64,000 nt of DNA from Bacteroidales bacterium (GTDB lineage Bacteria; Bacteroidota; Bacteroidia; Bacteroidales; Bacteroidaceae): assembly GCA_015060965.1 (NCBI GenBank), contig SUXN01000012.1, positions 10 through 64,009 of the forward strand. The letters run 5' to 3'. Positions 1-9,483 of the stretch are shown one piece after another. Both the position numbers and the translations under genes were made by a program. The stretch's first letter is position 1. The number at the start of each line of letters is the position of its first letter. The notes under the pieces are model-generated. The model had not been told where the DNA came from and ran no database searches. It was given only the letters and a program-made list of their open reading frames with translations.

Positions 1-68
1 GCCTACGGGAATCGAACCCGTGTTCCATGCGTGAGAGGCATGTGTCCTAGCCACTAGACGAAAGCGCC
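1..68 (-). tRNA. tRNA-Glu (anticodon CUC), 3' end cut by window edge
   Basis: Reverse complement is identical to the complete copy at 280-351. It has the D-loop GTCTAGTGGCTAGGAC, anticodon arm CATGC-CTCTCAC-GCATG and T-arm ACGGGTTCGATTCCCGT. The last 4 nt of the acceptor lie outside the window. Confidence 0.8.
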
Positions 69-90
69 ATAAAGGCATATTTAAGTTTTG

Positions 91-184
91 TAGCGCCTAC
101 GGAATCGAACCGGTGTTCGTAAAAAAACAAGGTGTGAGAGGCATGTGTCCTAGCCACTTGTTTTCGCCGTATTAGCTTTCTTTG
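91..184 (-). repeat. tRNA-Glu-derived chimeric element, copy A (94 nt)
   Basis: It keeps the D-loop/anticodon 5' half (GTGGCTAGGACACATGCCTCTCAC) and the T-arm/3' acceptor (GAACACCGGTTCGATTCC(C)GTAGGCGCTA). The 5' acceptor/D-stem is replaced by AAAACAA and the anticodon-stem 3' strand by ACCTTGTTTTTTTAC, so it cannot form a cloverleaf. Confidence 0.75.
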
Positions 185-279
185 TAGCGCCTACGGGAAT
201 CGAACCGGTGTTCGTAAAAAAACAAGGTGTGAGAGGCATGTGTCCTAGCCACTTGTTTTCGCCGTATTAGCTTTCTTTG
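185..279 (-). repeat. tRNA-Glu-derived chimeric element, copy B (95 nt)
   Basis: Identical to copy A except for a one-base indel in the T-arm (ctacgggaatcg vs ctacggaatcg). It directly abuts the intact tRNA-Glu at 280. Confidence 0.75.
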
Positions 280-351
280 TAGCGCCTACGGGAATCGAAC
301 CCGTGTTCCATGCGTGAGAGGCATGTGTCCTAGCCACTAGACGAAAGCGCC
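280..351 (-). tRNA. tRNA-Glu (anticodon CUC)
   Basis: The 72-nt reverse complement GGCGCTTTCGTCTAGTGGCTAGGACACATGCCTCTCACGCATGGAACACGGGTTCGATTCCCGTAGGCGCTA folds as a cloverleaf. It has a 4-nt variable loop as in bacterial tRNA-Glu and anticodon loop C-U-CUC-A-C. The acceptor has G1-U72 and U6-G67 wobbles. Confidence 0.85.
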
Positions 352-364
352 GTGCAAAAATAAG

Positions 365-451
365 CGGAAGCTGGGGGATTCGAACCCCCGGTACGGTAAC
401 CCGTACGGCAGTTTAGCAAACTGCTGGTTTCAGCCACTCACCCAAACTTCC
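365..451 (-). tRNA. tRNA-Ser (anticodon GCU)
   Basis: The 87-nt reverse complement starts GGAAGTTTGGGTGAGTGGCTGAAACC. It has anticodon arm GCAGT-TTGCTAA-ACTGC, a long variable arm GTACGG-GTTA-CCGTAC and T-arm GGGGGTTCGAATCCCCC. Confidence 0.9.
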
Positions 452-566
452 ATTTTGAATAGCTTACGCCCTTATTTTGCGATGCAAAGGTAGTACTATT
501 CCCTGAAATACGCAAGCGTTGCGAGAATTATTTTTCAAAAAAGTAGTTTTTTCAACAACAATAGAG

Positions 567-574
567 TATCTTTG
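567..574 (+). promoter_or_regulatory. Bacteroidetes-type -7 promoter box (TATCTTTG)
   Basis: Matches TAnnTTTG about 40 nt upstream of the ATG at 615. This argues against the longer ORF start at 519. Confidence 0.45.
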
Positions 575-614
575 TGGTAGAAGCATATCGACATACTGCT
601 TATTTGTAGCCAAA

Positions 615-1604
615 ATGACCGCAATTAGCAACATAAAGAACAAAATCACTCTTTCAATGCAGATAGAAATCATCAAATACAGCGACTACCACAAAGAGAC
701 ATGGGACTGTTTCGTAAGAGACTCAAAGAACGGCACATTTCTTTTTGAACGGGATTACATGGACTATCACAAAGAGAGGTTTACCGACTGTTCGCTGATG
801 GTTTTCTGTGACGGCAAGCTCCGAGCACTTTTCCCAGCCACACTTCACAGCAAAAAAGAAGAGGTAATTTCACACGGCGGACTTACATACGGCAGCCTAA
901 TCACAGACAAGGAAGCTACAGCTGTAATGATACTGGAGATGTTACAAGCAATTCTTGCACACTACCGCGAGAACACGTCTGCAAAGAAGATCATCTACAA
1001 GACCATACCATACATCTACCACCAATACCCCAGCGACGAGGACTTGTATGCACTTTTCAGGAATGACGCAATACTCATTGAACGCAAGATATCATCTACG
1101 ATAAAATTGAGTGATGCATTACCTTTTAAAGGACGCCGCAAGTTGACAGGAGCCACAAAAAGTCGCTTGAGTATCATAGAAGACAGCAATTTTGCTGCAT
1201 TTTGGAACATTCTTGCACAGAGGCTTCAGAACAAATACGAGGTAAGCCCAGTACATAGCCTCAAAGAGATAGAATTACTTCACAGCCGTTTTCCCGAGAA
1301 TATCAGACTTTTCAGGGTAACAGATTGTGACGGCACCACCTTAGGAGGCGTGGTGATGTATATAATGAAGAATGTTGTCCACACCCAATATACAAGCACA
1401 ACAGATGAGGGACGTAGGATAGGTGTTCTTGACTATTTGTACGGTTACCTTATTAAAGAGAGATTTGCCCACTTTGAATACCTTGATTTTGGAATATCAG
1501 TTGAGGAGGGAGGACGTTACCTCAACAAAGGACTTATAACACAAAAAGAAGGACTAGGCGGGCGAGGCGTCGTATACGACACATATGAAATAGACATAAG
1601 ATAA
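615..1604 (+). CDS. GNAT-fold acyltransferase, FemAB/BioF2-like family (function unknown)
   Basis: ORF 519-1604. I trimmed the start to the ATG at 615 (alternative ATG at 657) because of the promoter box at 567. Size and sequence character resemble two-lobed FemAB-like GNAT proteins; the assignment is by recollection of the family only. Confidence 0.55.
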   Translation: MTAISNIKNKITLSMQIEIIKYSDYHKETWDCFVRDSKNGTFLFERDYMDYHKERFTDCSLMVFCDGKLRALFPATLHSKKEEVISHGGLTYGSLITDKEATAVMILEMLQAILAHYRENTSAKKIIYKTIPYIYHQYPSDEDLYALFRNDAILIERKISSTIKLSDALPFKGRRKLTGATKSRLSIIEDSNFAAFWNILAQRLQNKYEVSPVHSLKEIELLHSRFPENIRLFRVTDCDGTTLGGVVMYIMKNVVHTQYTSTTDEGRRIGVLDYLYGYLIKERFAHFEYLDFGISVEEGGRYLNKGLITQKEGLGGRGVVYDTYEIDIR

Positions 1605-1642
1605 AGAGGACAACAAAATTGTCCTCTTTTCTTATGCAGTTA

Positions 1643-2110
1643 TCAATATTCTACTTTATCCGCCTTTTTACGCCACGCATCAAAGGGAGCCTGCGCCTCG
1701 GCATGCAGGATATTCTCCACCGGTTTATTACGCTCCGCCGGCTCCAATTCCAATTCTCGGTATATGAACGAATCGTCAAAATCCACAGCTGCAGCATCGT
1801 GTTGTGTAGCTCCGTAATATATTTTGTCAATATGCGCCCAATATATCGCCCCAAGACACATGGGGCAAGGTTCACAAGAAGTATACAGCACACAACCGCT
1901 CAGGTTGAAAGTGCCCAGTTTGACACAAGCAGCCCTTATGGCATTGACCTCGGCATGCGCTGTGGGGTCATTGTTGGGCACAACCCTATTCACTCCTGTT
2001 GCCACCACCCTACCATCTTTTACAATCACAGCCCCGAAAGGACCACCTCCATTCTTCACATTCCCAACAGCCAAAGCTATCGCCTGACGCATAAAATCAT
2101 CATGTCCCAT
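1643..2110 (-). CDS. Nucleoside/guanine deaminase, CMP/dCMP-type zinc-binding family
   Basis: Contains the HAE motif (PTAHAEVNAIR) and the PCxxC motif (CEPCPMCLGAI). The start is set at MGHDDFMRQAI. Confidence 0.85.
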   Translation of the reverse strand: MGHDDFMRQAIALAVGNVKNGGGPFGAVIVKDGRVVATGVNRVVPNNDPTAHAEVNAIRAACVKLGTFNLSGCVLYTSCEPCPMCLGAIYWAHIDKIYYGATQHDAAAVDFDDSFIYRELELEPAERNKPVENILHAEAQAPFDAWRKKADKVEY

Positions 2111-2186
2111 TGTTCCTAAGTTTTGACACATACAGAACAAAGGTGAGTACAGAATAGTTCCCTACCCCTGCAAATAAGAATATGAA

Positions 2187-2924
2187 TCAATGGTTCTTGC
2201 CTACAAATCTTTTTTCGATATAATCATAGAAAGCATCCTTGTACATATCACCGACAGGGACAGAGACATCACCATCGTATATTATACGCATTTTGGAAAC
2301 CTCCTTTATCTTACACAGATTTACTATATAAGAACGGTGTACGCGCATAAAGACATCGGCAGGCAATACCTCTTCAATCTTTTTCATACTAAGCAGCGAG
2401 ATAATGGGTTTAGACTTACCTTCGACAAATATGCGCACATACTCACTCATACTCTCGACATAAACAATGGAACTTAGCGGAACACGCACAATGCGGTAGT
2501 CGGATTTTACAAAAAGAGAATCGTCATTATAAGAGAACTGCGGTACCGCATCCTGAGCCGAATGCAGAGCACGATGCATGGCCTGCACTTTATTAGCAGC
2601 ATGCAGGAAATCCTCAAAGCCTATGGGTTTGAGAAGATAATCCACAGCATCTACCTTGAAACCTTCAAGGGCATATTCCGGATAAGCAGTAGTGAACACC
2701 ACCAGTGGAGGGTTAGCCAAGGAACGCACAAACTGCATACCGCTCACATCGGGCATATTGATATCAAGAAACATTACGTCCACCGACTCGCGCAGCAACA
2801 GTTCCGAAGCCTCAGATGCACTGTTACATACACCCACGCACTCCAGAAAGGAGATACGCTCTACATATTTCTCCAATTGAGCCACAGCCAGCGGCTCATC
2901 ATCAACAATTATACACCTTATCAT
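2187..2924 (-). CDS. LytTR-family two-component response regulator
   Basis: N-terminal receiver domain (IIVDDEPLA...DVMFLDINMP) and C-terminal LytTR DNA-binding region (VHRSYIVNL). Overlaps the upstream kinase gene by 23 nt. Confidence 0.9.
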   Translation of the reverse strand: MIRCIIVDDEPLAVAQLEKYVERISFLECVGVCNSASEASELLLRESVDVMFLDINMPDVSGMQFVRSLANPPLVVFTTAYPEYALEGFKVDAVDYLLKPIGFEDFLHAANKVQAMHRALHSAQDAVPQFSYNDDSLFVKSDYRIVRVPLSSIVYVESMSEYVRIFVEGKSKPIISLLSMKKIEEVLPADVFMRVHRSYIVNLCKIKEVSKMRIIYDGDVSVPVGDMYKDAFYDYIEKRFVGKNH

Positions 2925-3990
2925 ATCTTATTGGAATTTTAAGTTCAACATTATACCACTCACCATCATTGCCTATACGCATTGTCGCTTTCTCCCCGAA
3001 CAGCAGTTCGAGACGTTTCCTCGCATTCTCGATACCGATTCCGCCTTGCGTAGAGCATGACGGCTTCACAGGATTGTCAAGCATGGTATTCCTGCATGTA
3101 AAAAGAATCATATCAGCCGCATCGTCTATGCGGAGAGCAACGTCTATCACAGTTCTTTTCTTATACGTGACACCATGCTTGAAAGCATTCTCTATGAACT
3201 GCATAAAAAGCATCGGCGGAACGAATACGCCTTGTGTATCTTTTTCAAAGAATGTCTTTATCTCAATCTTGTCGGTGTAGCGCAAACGCATAAGGTCAAT
3301 ATAGCCGTTCATGAATGAGATTTCCTTCTCCAAAGGAACCGAAGATGCCGATGTATCGTAAAGCACATACCGCATCATTGTCGAGAACTCCTGGACTGCA
3401 ATCCTTGCCTTATCCTTGTCAATATCTATCAAGGCATGGATATTATTCAGGGTATTCATGAAAAAATGAGGGTTTATCTGATAACGGAGATACTCGAGGC
3501 TTGAACGCAAATGCTCCTTCTCAAGCTCCTTGAGATGCTCATCGCGACGTATTGTAAAGAAGAACAGCCTCACACAGATATTGAACACAAGTACGAACAT
3601 AGATATCAATATCTGCACATTACGTGGATTGACAAAAAATCCCCAAACCTCGCGTTTGACCGGTAGCTTGACATTTTTGATTCCTGGCGGCTCTTCCAAA
3701 GGAAAAGATATATATATAATTGTACACGCCACTATTATACACAGCAGATAGAACACAAAAAGCCTTCCCCTCTTTTTATAAAGAAGGAAAGGCATAAGTA
3801 TGTTATTGTTCAGGACAAACAGGAACAATGCCGGAAGCAAGAACTTCCAGAAGGACAGCATCTCTTCAAAAGTAGGGAAAAAAGAGACATCCTTGATAAT
3901 AGAACCCAGAACCGGCGACAACAGCAAGATACTCCAGAAAAGGAGATATATCAGATACTCGACTGTTATTTTCTTTATGTTCCAGGCCAT
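2902..3990 (-). CDS. Sensor histidine kinase, LytS/YehU-type (His_kinase domain)
   Basis: Multi-TM N-terminus, then LRYQINPHFFMNTLNNI (the conserved H-box of the PF06580 family) and an ATPase region. Confidence 0.85.
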   Translation of the reverse strand: MAWNIKKITVEYLIYLLFWSILLLSPVLGSIIKDVSFFPTFEEMLSFWKFLLPALFLFVLNNNILMPFLLYKKRGRLFVFYLLCIIVACTIIYISFPLEEPPGIKNVKLPVKREVWGFFVNPRNVQILISMFVLVFNICVRLFFFTIRRDEHLKELEKEHLRSSLEYLRYQINPHFFMNTLNNIHALIDIDKDKARIAVQEFSTMMRYVLYDTSASSVPLEKEISFMNGYIDLMRLRYTDKIEIKTFFEKDTQGVFVPPMLFMQFIENAFKHGVTYKKRTVIDVALRIDDAADMILFTCRNTMLDNPVKPSCSTQGGIGIENARKRLELLFGEKATMRIGNDGEWYNVELKIPIRYDKVYNC

Positions 3991-4082
3991 TTCATCTTTT
4001 GCTTATGTTGTGCAATTTACACAATAATTTGTCACTGCGACAATAAAATCAGCAAAGAGAAACTATATGTCAACAAACGGCA

Positions 4083-4934
4083 TCACTTCACAGCCTTGAA
4101 GCTCATATCAAGGCCTTTTACAGAGTGAGTGAGAGCGCCTACAGAGATAAAGTCAACACCGCAGAGAGCATAGTCACGCAAGGTATCGAAAGTGATACCG
4201 CCCGATGACTCAGTCTCGTAACGGCCGGCAACCATCTCCACAGCCTTGCGGGTCTTTTCTGTGTCGAAGTTATCGAACATTATACGCTGCACGCCACCCA
4301 TGTCAATTACTTTCTGAAGATCCTCCAATGTACGCACCTCAACTTCAATCTTGAGATCCTTTCCACAAGCCTTGCAGTACTCCTTGGCACGTGAGACAGC
4401 CTGCTCGATACCGCCTGCAAAATCAACGTGATTATCCTTGATGAGAATCATATCGAAAAGACCTATGCGATGGTTAACACCGCCACCTATGCGTACAGCC
4501 TCCTTTTCCATGATGCGCATACCCGGAGTAGTCTTGCGGGTATCAAGCACACGAGTACCGGTGCCCTCGAGTTCCTTCACGTAACGGCGTGTCATTGTTG
4601 CGATACCACTCATACGCTGCATGACGTTGAGCATAAGGCGCTCAGTCTGCAACAACGAGCGCACACTACCGGTAACGTACATTGCAATATCACCCTTCTT
4701 GACCTCGGCACCATCCTCAATGAGCACCTCAACCTGAAGAGCCTCATCAAAGCGTGCGAAGATGCGTTTTGCCATCTCAACACCGGCAAGCACACCGTCT
4801 TCCTTTATAAGAAGCATGTTCTTTCCCATAGCATCGGCAGGGATGGTTGAAAGGGTTGTGTGGTCACCGTCGCCGATATCCTCGGCAAATGCAAGGTCGA
4901 TAAGTCTATCGATAAGTTCGTCTTTTACATTCAT
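4083..4934 (-). CDS. nadC: Nicotinate-nucleotide pyrophosphorylase (carboxylating)
   Basis: Full-length similarity in character to quinolinate phosphoribosyltransferase (LAFAEDIGDGDHTT, TRKTTPG, IMLDNF-like MFDNF). Confidence 0.9.
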   Translation of the reverse strand: MNVKDELIDRLIDLAFAEDIGDGDHTTLSTIPADAMGKNMLLIKEDGVLAGVEMAKRIFARFDEALQVEVLIEDGAEVKKGDIAMYVTGSVRSLLQTERLMLNVMQRMSGIATMTRRYVKELEGTGTRVLDTRKTTPGMRIMEKEAVRIGGGVNHRIGLFDMILIKDNHVDFAGGIEQAVSRAKEYCKACGKDLKIEVEVRTLEDLQKVIDMGGVQRIMFDNFDTEKTRKAVEMVAGRYETESSGGITFDTLRDYALCGVDFISVGALTHSVKGLDMSFKAVK

Positions 4935-5045
4935 AGTACTATCAGTTTTTACTATCTATTTTCTGCGAAGATATACAATTCCCTCAATTAGTGCAAAAGC
5001 AAAGGCTTTTTTGTTTATCTTCGCATCAAAATAAATATATCCGAA

Positions 5046-5519
5046 ATGAAGATTATACTACTTGTCGTGGGCCGTACAGTCGACAACAACATAACAGCCG
5101 GAATACAGGACTACACCCAAAGGGTGAGCCATTTTACACAGTTCGAGATATCGGTCATACCCGAGCTGAAGAATGCCAAGAAACTGAGCGAGGCACAGCA
5201 GAAGGAGCAGGAGGGCGAACTTATACTCAAGGCATTGCAACCGGGTGACCGTGTGGTTCTGCTTGACGAGGGCGGCAAGGAGTACCGCAGCACGGAGTTC
5301 GCGTCATGGATTGAGCACAAACAGAACATATCGACCAAAAGGCTTGTCTTCATCGTCGGTGGCCCTTACGGCTTTGCACCGAAGGTATACGAAGCTGCAC
5401 ACGAAAAGCTATCGCTATCGAAGATGACATTCTCGCATCAGATGATACGTCTGCTCTTTGTGGAACAGCTTTACAGGGCATATACAATCATAAACAAACT
5501 GCCATACCACCATGAGTAA
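5046..5519 (+). CDS. rlmH: 23S rRNA (pseudouridine1915-N3)-methyltransferase
   Basis: 157 aa SPOUT-family protein with a typical RlmH N-terminus (MKIILLVVGRT) and C-terminus (HQMIRLLFVEQLYRAY). Confidence 0.9.
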   Translation: MKIILLVVGRTVDNNITAGIQDYTQRVSHFTQFEISVIPELKNAKKLSEAQQKEQEGELILKALQPGDRVVLLDEGGKEYRSTEFASWIEHKQNISTKRLVFIVGGPYGFAPKVYEAAHEKLSLSKMTFSHQMIRLLFVEQLYRAYTIINKLPYHHE

Positions 5520-6264
5520 AGCCTTTACAACACTGTTTTTATTGCTACTGACAACCATATGCACAGAAGCACAGGATACCCTGCGCATAATGAGCTACAA
5601 CATCAGGAACTGCAGAGGATTGGATAATATTTATGACATACAGCGTACAGCAGATGTCATAAGAAACAGCGATGCCGACATCATTGCCATTCAGGAAGTG
5701 GACAGCGTAACCCGCCGCAGCAAAGGGGTAGATATTGCAGACACCCTCGCCATACTTTGCAAAATGCACGCATACTACAGCACGGCAATAGAATATGATG
5801 GAGGCAAATACGGAGTGGCAATACTATCACGCAAAAAAGCCATAGCCACTTACCGCGCGGCCCTACCCGGACGCGAGGAGAAACGCACTATACTCATTGC
5901 CGAATACCCAGAGCTGACGTTCGCATGTACACACCTGTCACTGAATGAAGAGGACCGCATGGCATCACTGGAAATCATCGACAGCATTGCAAAGGAGTAC
6001 AAAAAGCCTTTCATTATTGCAGGAGACCTGAACGACACCCCCCAATCACCTTTCATCAAAGAATTGTCGCGCAATTGGAAAATCATAGCCCCCAATGAAG
6101 AGCCGACATTCCCGGCAGACAAGCCGAACGTAACAATCGACTACATCGCAGCAATAAAGGAATGTGAAAGAGACATCGAATCAGTTGATTCAAAAGTAAT
6201 TGAAGAGCCTACAGTATCGGACCACAGGCCTATTGTAACAACTATTATTACCAAACAGGAATAA
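5512..6264 (+). CDS. Secreted endonuclease/exonuclease/phosphatase (EEP) family protein
   Basis: Signal peptide, then IMSYNIRN, IAIQEVD and C-terminal SDHRP motifs of the EEP fold. Overlaps the rlmH end by 8 nt. Confidence 0.8.
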   Translation: MSKAFTTLFLLLLTTICTEAQDTLRIMSYNIRNCRGLDNIYDIQRTADVIRNSDADIIAIQEVDSVTRRSKGVDIADTLAILCKMHAYYSTAIEYDGGKYGVAILSRKKAIATYRAALPGREEKRTILIAEYPELTFACTHLSLNEEDRMASLEIIDSIAKEYKKPFIIAGDLNDTPQSPFIKELSRNWKIIAPNEEPTFPADKPNVTIDYIAAIKECERDIESVDSKVIEEPTVSDHRPIVTTIITKQE

Positions 6265-6266
6265 AC

Positions 6267-7706
6267 TTACTCTTCTTCTTCCACCGGCACATACTGATAA
6301 CAGCCGGCATCGACCGCACCGGCCTGACGTAACACGCCGTCAAGGTCATAAGGCAAAGACTCAAGATAAGCATCCGAGGCACGGCCTGTCGCCATCGTCG
6401 AGTCACACCCCAAATGGAAATCGTAATAGAATATCTCGTGGTCTATGACACGGAAATGGTCCTTGCCGAGCGGAGTATTGTCGTATGAGTTGTTCACGAA
6501 ACAGCTGTCACCTTCGGCATAAGTATTAATGAGCGAATTCTCGAAATAGTAGTTGATACAATCGGGGACTGTATCACCAAGGTTCGTAAGATAACCCATC
6601 ACCTCGTCATCACGCGAACCCGTTATTATGCAGTTGCTGAAGAAAGCCCCACGCAACGGAGCCGGAGCACCCTCAATGCTGTTATGCAACGCCAATGCCA
6701 CATCGCGCTGCTCCCACACGTAAAAATTCGCTATCGTACAATGCACAAATGACACATCACCGCCAACGACCTTCACACAGTTGCCCTTTGCATTGGCGAT
6801 GAGAGAATTAGAGACCGATGCACGGGACATATTGAGTTCCAGCGCATTGCCCTTGAAGTTGTAAAGTTTAGAGGACTCTATCGTCAGGCGATGCAACGCT
6901 GTATCGCCCTGCTCCACAACCACACCATAGTTCGCACTATGGATATCGCAGTGCAACAGACGGTTATTGTTGCTTGTAGCCGCAAACACGACACCGCCCC
7001 ACTGACCCGGCACACGGTCGTATGGCAGATAGGAGAACATATTGTCCGTCCTGTCGCCACGCATCACAACAGGCTGTTCAAGAGAGCCACGGGCATCGAG
7101 AGTACCTTCGACACGCAGGAAAGCCTTATCATGGAAATAAAGAGTCGTTCCTCTCTCAAGCGCAAGGGTTGCATCCGGTGCTACGACAAGGCTGTCATAT
7201 ATCACATAATGCCCACCGGGAAGCAGGCTATCGGTCGCAATGACTTCGCCGCGCATGAATGTGACATCGCGGCCATAAGCCAACAGCGCAACCTGTTGCT
7301 GTACACCGCTCTCAAGAGTGAATATAAGCGAGTCCTTCACCATCAGCGGCACATCGGCGCCGTTGCGTTCCAGTTCAACAGCCGCATACACAAAGATACT
7401 GTCCTTACCCCTTATCTCAAGGTCGTTCATTGAAGAGCCGTACTGTCCGTCGACAAGTACACTGAACCCCGAACCGCCGCCACTGCCAAGCCTCACATTG
7501 CTGATGCGCAGGGCATCGCTGTTACGGTTGCGCACGACAAGACCGGCTGTAGGCGAACCGACCGTCGTGAACAAAGTATCAAAGGCGATTGTATCACGCG
7601 AGAACTCAAGCCTCAATGACGGGCTTGCAGAAAAGTCGGCATCCTCGCTGCATGCAGCGAGGAGTACCGACATTACTGATATTGTTATTTGCAGGAATCT
7701 TTTCAT
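6267..7706 (-). CDS. Lipoprotein with predicted right-handed beta-helix repeats (function unknown)
   Basis: Start set at MKRFLQITISVMSVLLAAC (lipobox). Repetitive N/G/V-rich segments are typical of parallel beta-helix proteins. Confidence 0.6.
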   Translation of the reverse strand: MKRFLQITISVMSVLLAACSEDADFSASPSLRLEFSRDTIAFDTLFTTVGSPTAGLVVRNRNSDALRISNVRLGSGGGSGFSVLVDGQYGSSMNDLEIRGKDSIFVYAAVELERNGADVPLMVKDSLIFTLESGVQQQVALLAYGRDVTFMRGEVIATDSLLPGGHYVIYDSLVVAPDATLALERGTTLYFHDKAFLRVEGTLDARGSLEQPVVMRGDRTDNMFSYLPYDRVPGQWGGVVFAATSNNNRLLHCDIHSANYGVVVEQGDTALHRLTIESSKLYNFKGNALELNMSRASVSNSLIANAKGNCVKVVGGDVSFVHCTIANFYVWEQRDVALALHNSIEGAPAPLRGAFFSNCIITGSRDDEVMGYLTNLGDTVPDCINYYFENSLINTYAEGDSCFVNNSYDNTPLGKDHFRVIDHEIFYYDFHLGCDSTMATGRASDAYLESLPYDLDGVLRQAGAVDAGCYQYVPVEEEE

Positions 7707-7764
7707 CGTAAAATACATATTACATAATTAACGATGAAAACGCAAATTTATTACACATACACAA

Positions 7765-9222
7765 TCACTTTAATGGAGCATTCTCCAAAAGGAGCTGGAG
7801 ATGCTGCCACCAACGTCCGGTAGACGCAATGTCAAGACGCTCATCGGGAGAATGTACGCCACGCATTGTTGGACCGAATGAAATCATGTCAAGATGCGGA
7901 GCCTTCTCAAGGAAAAGACCGCACTCAAGACCTGCATGGATTGCCTTTATCTTGGCATCCTCGCCGAAGAGCTGCTTGTAGGTATCGCAGGCAACCTTGA
8001 GGATCTCTGATTTCATATTTGGCTTCCAACCAGGATACTGGCCTTTGGTTGTCACATTCGCTCCACCGAGCACGAATGCCGCGCGCACCGCCGAAGAGAC
8101 ATTGTCCCTTGCCGACTCTATTGAACTGCGCTGGCTTGTAGTAACGGTGATAGTGTTGTCGCTTGTACGCTTTACCGATGCAAGGTTGCTTGAAGTCTCA
8201 ACGAGACCCGGTACATCCTGGCTCATGGCAAAGACTCCGTTGAACACAGAGTGCAATGAACACAAGAGGTTCTTCGCCACAGCCGGGTCAATGACACGCT
8301 TGACAGGGTCAGTGCTCTGGAGTGTGAACTTTGCATTAGGCTCTGTCACACTATACTCATCCTGCACCTCAGCTGCAAAGAGGTTGAAATCGACACGTAC
8401 AGCCTCCTTGTCGGCACTCTGAACAGCGAATACTGCCGAAGCGTCACGTGGAATGGCATTATGGAGGCTACCGCCGCTGATGTCACACAGGTAGAACTCA
8501 TACTTCTCGGCAATCCTCAACAGGAAGCGGACCAGCAGCTTGTTTGCGTTCGCACGGCCCTTGCTGATGTCATCGCCGGAGTGACCGCCGGTAAGGCTGT
8601 TTATATCCACCTTCATATAGAACATATCACCCGAGATGTTTGTCCAGATATGCTTGAAATCGGCATAGTTACATACACCGCCGGCACAACCGATGAAGAT
8701 TTCGCCCTCGTCCTCAGAATCGAGGTTCACAAGGATATCGCCCTGCAGAAGTTCGGGCGAGAGCGCCTCGGCACCTGTCAGGCCGGTTTCCTCATCAATT
8801 GTAAAAAGACAGTTTACAGGACCGTGTTTCAGGTTCTTGTCGGCAAGTACAGCCATAGCTGCAGCAACACCAATACCGTTATCAGCACCGAGAGTAGTAC
8901 CCTGAGCCTTGAGCCACTCACCGTCGATATATGGCCTGATAGGGTCTTTTGTGAAATCGTGGTCAACATCGGGACGCTTGTCACAAACCATATCCATATG
9001 GCTCTGCAGGATGATTGTCTTTCGGTCCTCGAAACCAGGATAAGCCGGTTTCTTCACCAGGACATTTCCTACACTGTCAGCTATAGTCTCGTAACCGAGC
9101 TCTTTACCGAAATTCTGGAGGAATTCAGAAATCTCACCCTCATTCTTTGAACCGTGAGGAATCTTACATATCTGCAAGAAATGATTGAACACAGCCAGAG
9201 GCTGCAAATGCAAATTTTCCAT
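7765..9222 (-). CDS. pepD: Aminoacyl-histidine dipeptidase (M20C, Xaa-His dipeptidase)
   Basis: 485 aa. The N-terminus (FLQICKIPHGSKNE...), HMDMV and the GADNGIG metal-site motif are characteristic of PepD. Confidence 0.9.
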   Translation of the reverse strand: MENLHLQPLAVFNHFLQICKIPHGSKNEGEISEFLQNFGKELGYETIADSVGNVLVKKPAYPGFEDRKTIILQSHMDMVCDKRPDVDHDFTKDPIRPYIDGEWLKAQGTTLGADNGIGVAAAMAVLADKNLKHGPVNCLFTIDEETGLTGAEALSPELLQGDILVNLDSEDEGEIFIGCAGGVCNYADFKHIWTNISGDMFYMKVDINSLTGGHSGDDISKGRANANKLLVRFLLRIAEKYEFYLCDISGGSLHNAIPRDASAVFAVQSADKEAVRVDFNLFAAEVQDEYSVTEPNAKFTLQSTDPVKRVIDPAVAKNLLCSLHSVFNGVFAMSQDVPGLVETSSNLASVKRTSDNTITVTTSQRSSIESARDNVSSAVRAAFVLGGANVTTKGQYPGWKPNMKSEILKVACDTYKQLFGEDAKIKAIHAGLECGLFLEKAPHLDMISFGPTMRGVHSPDERLDIASTGRWWQHLQLLLENAPLK

Positions 9223-9346
9223 ATTCTATTTGTTTAAATTTGTTAATTACTTTTTGGAATTCTAAAATTATATTAATTCAGTCAAAATCAACGTCTTTTT
9301 TTACTTTTTTTACGGAAACAAATAAAAGCCGAGAGGACAAAAAGGC

Positions 9347-9354
9347 TATATTTG
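9347..9354 (+). promoter_or_regulatory. -7 promoter box (TATATTTG)
   Basis: TAnnTTTG match about 130 nt upstream of the small ORF at 9484. Confidence 0.4.
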
Positions 9355-9483
9355 CGAACAAAATTTCATGGAACAGCAAATACGGCAAACTCCATAACCT
9401 TGAAAACGAAGTAAAGACAACTGGAAATACAACCAAAAGCCTTACTGTCTTCCGGGTTTTATTTATTTACAAATATAACTGAA

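Noticed and set aside
1619-2119. 166-aa + strand ORF overlapping the deaminase gene
   Set aside because: The opposite-strand frame carries the canonical HAE/PCxxC deaminase motifs. The + strand ORF has no recognisable features.
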